Position numbers and translations under genes: made by a program
Notes under the pieces: generated by a model
Database searches by the model: none
What the model was told of the DNA's origin: nothing
What the model saw: the letters and a program-made list of their open reading frames with translations, nothing else
Shown here: piece after piece, positions 25,421 through 32,991 of the stretch
How positions within the stretch are numbered: the first letter of the stretch is position 1
Layout of the letters: the number at the start of each line of letters is the position of its first letter
IMG/VR virus record: IMGVR_UViG_3300005836_000021
Span: 1-53,308 of that record
Direction: 5' to 3' (one strand)
DNA length: 53,308 nt
Source of the DNA: a virus

Positions 25421-26034
25421 CAGTCCACCGGCCACACGATACCCCAGCTCCCCGAGTATATGATGCTGTTCGACCCGGTGCTGACCAACTGCGCTGCCTG
25501 GAACTGTACCGTTCCCGCGTTTGCGCCGTTCACGAGGTACCCGTGGATGGTTTCAGTTTGTGCGTTGGGAGCAGCGGACGTGGGCCAATCGATCTGAGTG
25601 CCAAAAGCGACGGCCGGTCCGCCGGTCGTTTGAAAGGACGTGTTCAGGAAGACAATCGACGTTGGCGACGCAGGCCCAGTAAATGTCGCCTTCCAGTCTG
25701 CGGCGCCCGCCCCTGTGTGCATGATGTAGAGCACAAAGGCATACGTTTTGCCGGCGGCCACCGCGAACGCTAGGCCCGTCACGTCGCTCAAGGTGGTGTT
25801 GGAGTTCTTGGTGAAGTTGGAAGTGGTACGGAAGAACGAAGGCGTACGGACGGTCAGGTTAGTGAGCGCGGACCCGTCCAGGCTGGCCAGGTACGTGCTG
25901 TTCAAGGCCCGGATCTTCCCGTTGTCATCGATGGGGGTTTTCAGGACGTTGAGGTTGTCCCGGATGTGGGTGTTCATCAGCGAGGCCGTAACGGTCTCAC
26001 CAGGCGACCAGGTGCGGGGGGTGGTCCAGGCCAT
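25420..26034 (-). CDS. Tail fibre / receptor-binding protein, paralog C (204 aa)
   Basis: The N-terminus MAWTTPRTWSPGETVTASLMNTHIRDNLNVLK is shared with 29059..29991 and 29993..30280. Confidence 0.6.
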   Translation of the reverse strand: MAWTTPRTWSPGETVTASLMNTHIRDNLNVLKTPIDDNGKIRALNSTYLASLDGSALTNLTVRTPSFFRTTSNFTKNSNTTLSDVTGLAFAVAAGKTYAFVLYIMHTGAGAADWKATFTGPASPTSIVFLNTSFQTTGGPAVAFGTQIDWPTSAAPNAQTETIHGYLVNGANAGTVQFQAAQLVSTGSNSIIYSGSWGIVWPVD

Positions 26035-26037
26035 GGG

Positions 26038-26592
26038 TTATGCGCCTCCAAAAAAGGACTTCAGGTTCTCCAACAGCGTGGCGTTTTCCGCCACCGGAAC
26101 GGGGTCTTCCGCTGCAACCTCGACGGCCAGTTGTGTAGCAGCCTGCACCAGCACCGACTTGAAAAAGGCAGCGCACTGGGGACACAGGTGCGCGCCTGTG
26201 ATCTCGGGGTGCGGTTCGGTGGCTGGAACCTTGGGGTGGCTGCACAGCCAGCAACTATCGGGGTCGGTAGCCACAGGCCAGGCCACGGCGCCGCTGCGGT
26301 AGGGGTCGAGGAATCCCGTGCTGCCGGTTTGTCGCTCGATCGGTTCCAGGTCCTGCGCCTTTGGCACCTTGCCGCACGTGCCGCATGCCACCTGAACAGC
26401 GCGCACCCCGTTGAGGTCGATCACGTGTCGCAGTGCGGGAAGGTTGGCCTTGTGCGTGGCCGGCGCGAAGTCCCCGGGCATAAGGGCGCGCAGGTAGAAC
26501 GCTGGGTGCCCCTTGTGCTCCACGGCCCACCAAACCTCGCCGATGTTCGGCGTGGTGGGAAGGCCGTACCAGTCCAGCATTGGCCGCTTCAT
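26038..26592 (-). CDS. Cys-rich hypothetical protein (184 aa)
   Basis: CGTCG and CWLC...CPQC are zinc-ribbon-like pairs. TGATG junction with the upstream gene. Confidence 0.5.
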   Translation of the reverse strand: MKRPMLDWYGLPTTPNIGEVWWAVEHKGHPAFYLRALMPGDFAPATHKANLPALRHVIDLNGVRAVQVACGTCGKVPKAQDLEPIERQTGSTGFLDPYRSGAVAWPVATDPDSCWLCSHPKVPATEPHPEITGAHLCPQCAAFFKSVLVQAATQLAVEVAAEDPVPVAENATLLENLKSFFGGA

Positions 26593-27830
26593 CAAACTCC
26601 TCCCAGGTGCACCACAGCCTGCACCACAGCCTCAGATGCCTGAGCCCCGGGGCCTGACACCAGTTCACCAACCAACCGCAGCCCCGCCTCTTCGGCCAAG
26701 CCAGCCAACCCATCCTTGCGCAGCAGGGTGTCACCATAGGCGTACACCACCAGGCGCCGGGCGACCCGCGGCAACGTGGCGCGAACCAAAGCGGCATCCG
26801 CCGGCGCCACCTCGAGCAGGCGCCCAGGCATCAGCAACACCACGTCGAAAGGGGTGGGTGGTGGCACATGATTGCGGCAGAAGTCAACCAGGTTGCCCTG
26901 CTGCACACCGGGGCCGCCCTGGGCCGCACGGGCGGGGTCGATTTCCACACCCTGTCCATGGCCTCCCAACTGGCGCAGCAAGGCGCCGTCACCACAACCC
27001 AGGTCCAAGGCACTGCCCACTGGGCCCACCGCGCGGGCCACGACGGCATGTGCCGCCTGCATGGCGCCGTAGGTGGCGAACCCGTTCAATTCGTGTGACG
27101 GTGCGGGTGGCAGCGCGTTGCCCTGGCCTGCCCTGACGAGCGTTGTCGAGCCTGCCTTGTCAGTGCCCAGCATGAACCTGAAGTGGGGTGTGGTCACGAT
27201 CGCCAGCGGCCCGTCGGCATCGTACGTGACCGGCAGCCGCAGCAAAGCCTCGATGGCCGCCACGTCAGCCTCAACCTCACGGCCCAGGGCCAGATAGGCA
27301 CGGGCTTGCGCGATGGTAGCCTCACAGGTCGCACTGCACGGCAGGTGCGGCACCAGGCGCACGCCCAGCCACCTCAGCAGGATGTTGGTTTCCCAGGGGC
27401 CCTCAACAGTGGCCATGGCCCGGGTGGTGTCGGTGCTTTGCCGCGCAATCCATTCGCGTGCGAAGAACTCACGGCAGCACTGCGGGAAGCCCAGCAACTG
27501 GCCCACCTGGTCATCGTCGGGCCCCGCGGCCCACGCCTTGTGCCAGGACGCGGCCAGGGCTGCCGTCAGCGTGACTGCGGCCCGGTAGTTGCCCTCGGGG
27601 CGCTGCCCCAAGATGACCAGATGCAGGCCCTGCCGGGCGCAGTCGGCCGATGCCTGGGCCAGCTCGTGCGGCTCCAGCACCACCAGGGCGCTGGTGCGCA
27701 AACGGCCCACGCTGGCCAGCTCGATCTGTTGCCATGCCTCTCGCGCGCGCTCGAGCACGGGCCCCCACGCGGTGCGGTCGGCCGTAGTCGGCCACTGGGG
27801 CCCGTGGGCCCACTCTTGCAAACCGTTCAT
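26592..27830 (-). CDS. Two-domain protein: unknown N-terminal domain (GFPQCCREFF motif) plus a C-terminal class I SAM-dependent methyltransferase
   Basis: ALDLGCGDGALLRQL is motif I and FDVVLLMPG follows. ATGA overlap with the rSAM gene. Confidence 0.6.
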   Translation of the reverse strand: MNGLQEWAHGPQWPTTADRTAWGPVLERAREAWQQIELASVGRLRTSALVVLEPHELAQASADCARQGLHLVILGQRPEGNYRAAVTLTAALAASWHKAWAAGPDDDQVGQLLGFPQCCREFFAREWIARQSTDTTRAMATVEGPWETNILLRWLGVRLVPHLPCSATCEATIAQARAYLALGREVEADVAAIEALLRLPVTYDADGPLAIVTTPHFRFMLGTDKAGSTTLVRAGQGNALPPAPSHELNGFATYGAMQAAHAVVARAVGPVGSALDLGCGDGALLRQLGGHGQGVEIDPARAAQGGPGVQQGNLVDFCRNHVPPPTPFDVVLLMPGRLLEVAPADAALVRATLPRVARRLVVYAYGDTLLRKDGLAGLAEEAGLRLVGELVSGPGAQASEAVVQAVVHLGGV

Positions 27831-29062
27831 GTTACCACCTCTCCACCCAGTATACCACCCAGGTCGGTGTGGTCGCCATGCGGCACGTCACCATGGTCGC
27901 CATGGTCGTGGTGCACCACCTTGGCCGTGTGAACTACCAGGGCCATGTTAAGGCGGTCGGCGATGCGGGCCTGTAGGTCGGGTGCCAGGCTGGCGGGCTG
28001 CACACCCTTGGCCACCAGTTCTTGTTCCACGCGCTCGAGCACCGCGAACCAGGTCGGGCAGTCGACGCTGCGCTTGCGCCAGTCACCACCGATGGCCGTG
28101 CCTGGGCACTGACCCCCGCACTGCAAGAAGAACCGGCACCCGTGGCACCCACCCTCAGCCTGGGGTGTCTGCCACAACACCACCTGCCGCACCTTGACCG
28201 TCGTGTCGGCTGGCAGCCATTGCTTTCCGTCCTTGTGCACCCGTTGGCACAGGCCGCGGGTACCGTCGGCCTCGATGCCGTGCACCGCTGGGGTCGACCA
28301 GGGGTCGCAGTCCGACCACACACACCCCGCGTCGGCGTCAGCGTTGCGCAGCTTGGCCTCCACATCCGTGAATAGGTCAAAGCGCAGGCGCAGGCTGGCC
28401 TCTAGGTCATGCGCAGCAAACAGGGCCGCCACGTTCTGGCCGCTGGGCAAGGCAAGCATGCGCCCAGGGCCATCCAGTTCCAGCAGGTGCAGCCGGGCGT
28501 GCTTCAGCCCCACCGCGTCCAGGTCGCGGAACCATTGCAGCAGAACCGGAAGGCGCTCAGGCGTGGCGTTCAGCTTGTGTAGGGTCACGATAAGGCTGGC
28601 CCCGATACCATCGGCCAGACACCTGCGCAGCATTGCCTCGCTGTGCGCCGTGGCCGCGCGGGTCTGCTCCTGCGTTCCCGCCACGCGGGCGTCGTTCAAA
28701 GGGCCTGGGCCGTCGATCGAGAACCCCACGTGCACCCGGTACTTCTTGAAGGCGGCCAGGTGTTCCTCTGTGATTGGGCGCCCGCTGGTCTGGACCCCAT
28801 TGTGGCCATACCGCTCCAGGCCAAAGGCCCACAGCTTTTCCAGATCGGCCAACGGAGCCAGCAGCGGCTCCCCTCCGAACACGCTGAACCCATCGGGGCC
28901 CGCAGCGGCCTGCACCGCGGCCTGCACCGCAGCATGATCGATACCCGCGGGCGCCGCGTTGCCGCTGGCCCGCCGCACGGTGTGCTGATAGCAATACGTG
29001 CAGGACAGCCCACCAACCTGGGCGCCACAGCGCATTCCCGTGACGTTTACCTCAACGCTCAC
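27827..29062 (-). CDS. Radical SAM enzyme with a SPASM-type C-terminal domain and a His-x-Asp tail
   Basis: The Cys pattern RCGAQVGGLSCTYCY is a non-canonical Cx8CxxC. FGGEPLL is the SAM GGE motif. CHGCRFFLQCGGQCPG is the SPASM CxxCx5Cx3C. The C-terminus is HHDHGDHGDVPHGDHTD. GTG start in a GTGA overlap with the fibre gene. Confidence 0.7.
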   Translation of the reverse strand: MSVEVNVTGMRCGAQVGGLSCTYCYQHTVRRASGNAAPAGIDHAAVQAAVQAAAGPDGFSVFGGEPLLAPLADLEKLWAFGLERYGHNGVQTSGRPITEEHLAAFKKYRVHVGFSIDGPGPLNDARVAGTQEQTRAATAHSEAMLRRCLADGIGASLIVTLHKLNATPERLPVLLQWFRDLDAVGLKHARLHLLELDGPGRMLALPSGQNVAALFAAHDLEASLRLRFDLFTDVEAKLRNADADAGCVWSDCDPWSTPAVHGIEADGTRGLCQRVHKDGKQWLPADTTVKVRQVVLWQTPQAEGGCHGCRFFLQCGGQCPGTAIGGDWRKRSVDCPTWFAVLERVEQELVAKGVQPASLAPDLQARIADRLNMALVVHTAKVVHHDHGDHGDVPHGDHTDLGGILGGEVVT

Positions 29063-29991
29063 GGCACCACCGTGGGCTGCGAAATCGCCACCGTATCGCC
29101 ATGGTCGCTATGGTCACCATGGGGGGCATCGCTGTGCGGGGTGTCGGTGTGTGGCACGTCGCTGTGCGACACATCTCCATGGGGCACACTGGCTGTGTCT
29201 CCGTGGGCCGCGTCGCCATGGGCCAGGTCCGCGTGGCCAGGGCCGTCGTTGTGGTCTTGATGTGTTATGTCGTTGTGGGCCGCGTCGGTGTGTGGGATGC
29301 CGGCGGTGTCCGTGTGTGCCACATCCCCATGGGCATCCCCGTGGCTCACGCTGTCGGTGTGGTCGTCGTGCACCGTGCCGTCCGCATGAGCCACGTCGTT
29401 GTGGCCACGGCGCTCGAGCGTACCCGATTCCCGCACCCAGTGGGTATAGGTTTCCACCCACAGACTTCCTCCGATGGCTGAGGCGTCGGTGTGGCTGGCC
29501 GCCGTGCTGTCGCTGCTGTGGCACAAGCGCTCATCCCCACTGGCGTCAATGTAGTGGAAATCGTTTCCCTCCGCCCACACGCTGCCTGCCACCGCGCCAG
29601 CGGGGGTGCTCACGTACGTGCCCAGGAACCGGTACTCGGTTGTCTGGTTGCTGGCAATGTGGTGCAGGTACTGGCCCTCGATCCAGTTTCCCCTCCGTAG
29701 ACCCCCGCCCAGGTCCTCGTACTTGTCCGCACCCACCGGCAGCACCAGCCGGCTGGTGCCTTGGAACCGGTTGCGCCCCGCGGTGTAAGAGGTGCCTGCG
29801 GTGCGGGTGGCCAACCCCGTCAGTGCGGTGGGATCTAGGCTGGCCAAGGTGGTGCTGCTCAGGTCGGTCAACCGCCCTGCATCGTCCCTAGTGGTTTTGA
29901 GAACCAACAGGTTGTCACGCAGGTGGGCGTTCATGATCGCCGCGGTCACTATCTCGCCGTTGGTCCACGTGCGGGGGGCGGTCCAGGCCAT
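29059..29991 (-). CDS. Tail fibre paralog B (310 aa) with a C-terminal His-x-Asp repeat domain
   Basis: It has the shared N-terminal MAWTAPRTW...RDNLLVLK domain. Residues 197-299 contain 21 H-x-D triplets. Confidence 0.65.
   Translation of the reverse strand: MAWTAPRTWTNGEIVTAAIMNAHLRDNLLVLKTTRDDAGRLTDLSSTTLASLDPTALTGLATRTAGTSYTAGRNRFQGTSRLVLPVGADKYEDLGGGLRRGNWIEGQYLHHIASNQTTEYRFLGTYVSTPAGAVAGSVWAEGNDFHYIDASGDERLCHSSDSTAASHTDASAIGGSLWVETYTHWVRESGTLERRGHNDVAHADGTVHDDHTDSVSHGDAHGDVAHTDTAGIPHTDAAHNDITHQDHNDGPGHADLAHGDAAHGDTASVPHGDVSHSDVPHTDTPHSDAPHGDHSDHGDTVAISQPTVVP
29095..29403 (-). repeat. Degenerate ~15-nt (pentapeptide H-x-D-x-x) coding repeat
   Basis: Translation reads HNDVAHADGTVHDDHTDSVSHGDAHGDVAHTDTAGIPHTDAAHNDITHQDHNDGPGHADLAHGDAAHGDTASVPHGDVSHSDVPHTDTPHSDAPHGDHSDHGD. 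Confidence 0.85.
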
Positions 29992-29992
29992 G

Positions 29993-30280
29993 TTAGATGG
30001 CCCACTTATCGGCGCCCACAGGCACCACCACGCGAGTGGTACCCCCGCCGTTGAAGTTCTGCACCCCCGCCGTAAAGTCGTTTCCGGCGGCCAGCTTGGC
30101 CACGCCCGTCAGGTTGACCCCGCTGGTGTCGCCCAGGTACGTGCTGTTCAGAGCGGGGATCTTACCGTCGTTGTCGACTAGCAGCTTCAGGTGCGTGAAG
30201 TTGTCTCGGACCTGTTCGTTCAGGTCCGAGGCACCCACCAACTGCCCTATTGCCCAGGTTTTGGGCGTTGCCCATGCCAT
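29993..30280 (-). CDS. Short tail-fibre paralog A (95 aa; anchor domain only)
   Basis: MAWATPKTWAIGQLVGASDLNEQVRDNF...RVVVPVGADKWAI parallels residues 1-90 of paralog B. Its stop is 1 nt before the ATG of B. Confidence 0.55.
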   Translation of the reverse strand: MAWATPKTWAIGQLVGASDLNEQVRDNFTHLKLLVDNDGKIPALNSTYLGDTSGVNLTGVAKLAAGNDFTAGVQNFNGGGTTRVVVPVGADKWAI

Positions 30281-30290
30281 GCCTGTACCC

Positions 30291-31964
30291 TCAGTTCAAG
30301 AACGTGTTGCTGTTCAAGGTGCTGCTGTCCAACACCCAACCCACCGCGAACAGGCCATACCCCAGCACTGTGGTCTCATCCAGCTCCGTACGGCCCGGCA
30401 AATCCAGTACCCAGAACTGGGCCTTGTTCACAGGGGCCAGATCCCAGGTCACCATCACCACCCCTTCGGGCCGCAGCTCCAACGTGACCCCGTTGATGAA
30501 GTACGGGTCCGCCACCAGCCCCACGCTGCCACTAGTGACCGAAATTCGGTCGCTTATCTCTGCGTTGAATGCCTGCTCCACCGTTTCATCGTCCCAGTTG
30601 GCCATAAACGTAACCGTTTCCACCCGGGTGGTGGCGTCCTTGTGCAGGCTGATTATGAACTGGGCCAAGTCCACCGCGTTGCTGGGACTGCTCTGGTAGG
30701 GCATGTCGTACCCGTACACGTTTTCCCCATAGGTGGCCAGGCTGTCCGCGTCGTTCAGGTCGGCCAGCACGGGCTCGAAGTCGTACAAGCCACGCCCGCG
30801 CAACTGCAAGAACCACACGTGCCCGTCGTTGGGGCCATTGTTCGTGATAGTAACGTCGGCGCTGTTGCCCCCAAAGGTAGGGGTCACGGTAAGCTGGGCG
30901 CTGTAGTCGCTGCCACTGCCGTCGGCTGCGCTGTTGAACTTGTAGTCGGTGGTGACCACAGGTGCCACCATGTCCACCCCGCCCACCCGCTGGGCGACCT
31001 GTGCGGGGTCCCGATAGGGGCAGTTGATGGTGACGCTGGTGTTGCGCTGGATTTCGATGCTGCTGCCCAAGTTGAACAACACGCTGGTGGCCGCTGCGTC
31101 GCGCCTGCGCGGGTGAATGCTTACCTGGCACCGGTTGATGACGTTGTCGCGGGCGTGGGTTACGGTCATGCCCAGGATCTGTTCATCCTCGTCCATGGCG
31201 AACCGAATGCTGCCCTCGCCACCCCGGCGCTTGCGGCCCTCAAACACGGCCACACCAGCCGACACAAACATGATGCCATATTCCGACATCACCAGCTTTT
31301 GCAGTTCCGACAGCACCCGGCTGGTTTCGTCCTGGGTGTTGTCCAGAGCGTACGGGTACACGTCAGATCCGGTGCCGCTGATCGTACCCCCGGGTGGCTG
31401 TCGGTCAACGGCTGCCACCAGGGTGGCAAACAGGGCGTCGGACTGCACGCTGGTTTGCACGGCCAGGCCCTTCAGCTTGGCCCGCGCGGCCTCGTCCATC
31501 CAGTCAACACAGTGCACCTGCACCGTGGGCCGCTCGACCCCGGGGTTTGGGATCACCTGGTCAATGGTGCCCTGCCACTTGATCTTGTCGCCATACAGCG
31601 GGTGGTTCAACACCAGGCGCACAGGCAGCCCGATGTCAAAGCCTGCCAGAGCGGCACCGCCCCCGGGGCTGTAGTACCCGCGCACCCCGCCGCGGTTGTT
31701 CTCGGTGTTGTCCATCTCGAACGAAAGCTCGCCCGGGTCCGCGACCCGGTCCTTGGGTGTGTTGCCGTGGATGCCCCAGCTTGCCTTCACGGGGCCCACG
31801 ATGTCGGTGGAGAAGTCCACCCACCCGTCGATGTCGAACTCCACCCGGCTGCGGGTGCCCCCGCTGGTGGTGGGGCCAGTGCCACCACTGCCCGCACCGG
31901 TGCGCGGGCCGATGGTGGCCGCCCCGCCAATGGTGCTTCCGATGCTGAAGGGGTTGGTGCCCAT
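30291..31964 (-). CDS. Distal tail (Dit-like) / baseplate protein, extended (557 aa)
   Basis: It lies downstream of the tape measure. The N-terminal half resembles siphovirus tail-family proteins (recollection only). Confidence 0.5.
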   Translation of the reverse strand: MGTNPFSIGSTIGGAATIGPRTGAGSGGTGPTTSGGTRSRVEFDIDGWVDFSTDIVGPVKASWGIHGNTPKDRVADPGELSFEMDNTENNRGGVRGYYSPGGGAALAGFDIGLPVRLVLNHPLYGDKIKWQGTIDQVIPNPGVERPTVQVHCVDWMDEAARAKLKGLAVQTSVQSDALFATLVAAVDRQPPGGTISGTGSDVYPYALDNTQDETSRVLSELQKLVMSEYGIMFVSAGVAVFEGRKRRGGEGSIRFAMDEDEQILGMTVTHARDNVINRCQVSIHPRRRDAAATSVLFNLGSSIEIQRNTSVTINCPYRDPAQVAQRVGGVDMVAPVVTTDYKFNSAADGSGSDYSAQLTVTPTFGGNSADVTITNNGPNDGHVWFLQLRGRGLYDFEPVLADLNDADSLATYGENVYGYDMPYQSSPSNAVDLAQFIISLHKDATTRVETVTFMANWDDETVEQAFNAEISDRISVTSGSVGLVADPYFINGVTLELRPEGVVMVTWDLAPVNKAQFWVLDLPGRTELDETTVLGYGLFAVGWVLDSSTLNSNTFLN

Positions 31965-31971
31965 GGCCTGG

Positions 31972-32976
31972 TTACATGCCCATCGCGAAGATGTTCAACG
32001 ACATGAGGGTGGCGTTGTTCGTCCCACTTGTGTTTCCAACGTACAACTCCAGATAGTCATTGGTAGCCAGCGTGACCACCACGTGTATGGCGTTGCCCTG
32101 CACCGAACTAGTGGTCAGGTCTTGCATCACCTTGCTGGCCGCAACGACCGTTCCGTTCTTGGCCACACCAATGACATATCGGTTGCTGGCTGCGCCCTTG
32201 CTGGACCAGGTACATGCAACGTGGAACACCTTTGTGACTGCCCCTGTATACCTCAAACGCCCATTGTCGGCGCCCCCGTTGTCGAACTCGTGGTCGAAGT
32301 TGCCCGCCGTTGTCACCGCCGCCTTGACCATGTTGGTGCTGCCGTCGCTTTGTGCGGAAATGGTCACGGTGGTGCCCGTGGTGTCAAAGTACGAAACCTC
32401 GCCCATGGGCAGCATCCACCTACCGTACGGGGTTCCGCCCGCGATGGTGTTGGGAAGCACAACTCGCTTCGGCACAATGTTCTGAGCGTGAATGGCCGTG
32501 GCTCCAGGCGTAACCCACACCGCGGCCAGGGCTACGCTATTGGCGGGCACACCTGGGATGCGGGGGTTGACTGCCGGAGTGCCCGCGGTGACCGCTTTGG
32601 TGCCGCTACTGTTGACCGTGATCAGGTCCCACCGAGGTTGAAAGTTGTCGGGCGTGCTGATGGTGAGGTTTCCGCTGCCCACGGTGGCCAACACGTCAGC
32701 AACGAACACCTGTCCACTGCTGACCGCCACGGTCAGGTCAGGCGTGCCCTGGGGCGTAACCACAGCGCCGCTCACCACCCCGTACCCCGCTGCCCCCTGC
32801 GCCTGGATCACCAGGTCGGTCTCGTTGAACCTAGCCTCCCGGGCGTCGTCCAGGCCGCTGGTGTTGGCATCAGGGATGCAGAACGTTTGTGCGGCTGCGC
32901 CCAGACAGTTCTGTGCAGCAGCCGGTGCAGCCAAGGCGCCCACCAGCGCCACCGCAACGAGGAACCTCTTGACCAT
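31972..32976 (-). CDS. Tail-module protein with an N-terminal signal-peptide-like segment and a C-terminal C1q/TNF-like jelly-roll pattern
   Basis: MVKRFLVAVALVGALAAPAAAQ. GGAGGGGG lies upstream of ATG 32976 (the track start is TTG 32982). The C-terminus is ...NDYLELYVGNTSG...LNIFAMGM. Confidence 0.5.
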   Translation of the reverse strand: MVKRFLVAVALVGALAAPAAAQNCLGAAAQTFCIPDANTSGLDDAREARFNETDLVIQAQGAAGYGVVSGAVVTPQGTPDLTVAVSSGQVFVADVLATVGSGNLTISTPDNFQPRWDLITVNSSGTKAVTAGTPAVNPRIPGVPANSVALAAVWVTPGATAIHAQNIVPKRVVLPNTIAGGTPYGRWMLPMGEVSYFDTTGTTVTISAQSDGSTNMVKAAVTTAGNFDHEFDNGGADNGRLRYTGAVTKVFHVACTWSSKGAASNRYVIGVAKNGTVVAASKVMQDLTTSSVQGNAIHVVVTLATNDYLELYVGNTSGTNNATLMSLNIFAMGM

Positions 32977-32991
32977 GCCCAACCCCCTCCG

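Noticed and set aside
29095-29403. Periodic ~15-nt DNA repeat that could be mistaken for a CRISPR-like or VNTR array
   Set aside because: The repeat is degenerate, has no spacer structure, and is fully in frame inside a fibre ORF, where it encodes H-x-D-x-x. It is a coding repeat, not a CRISPR array.
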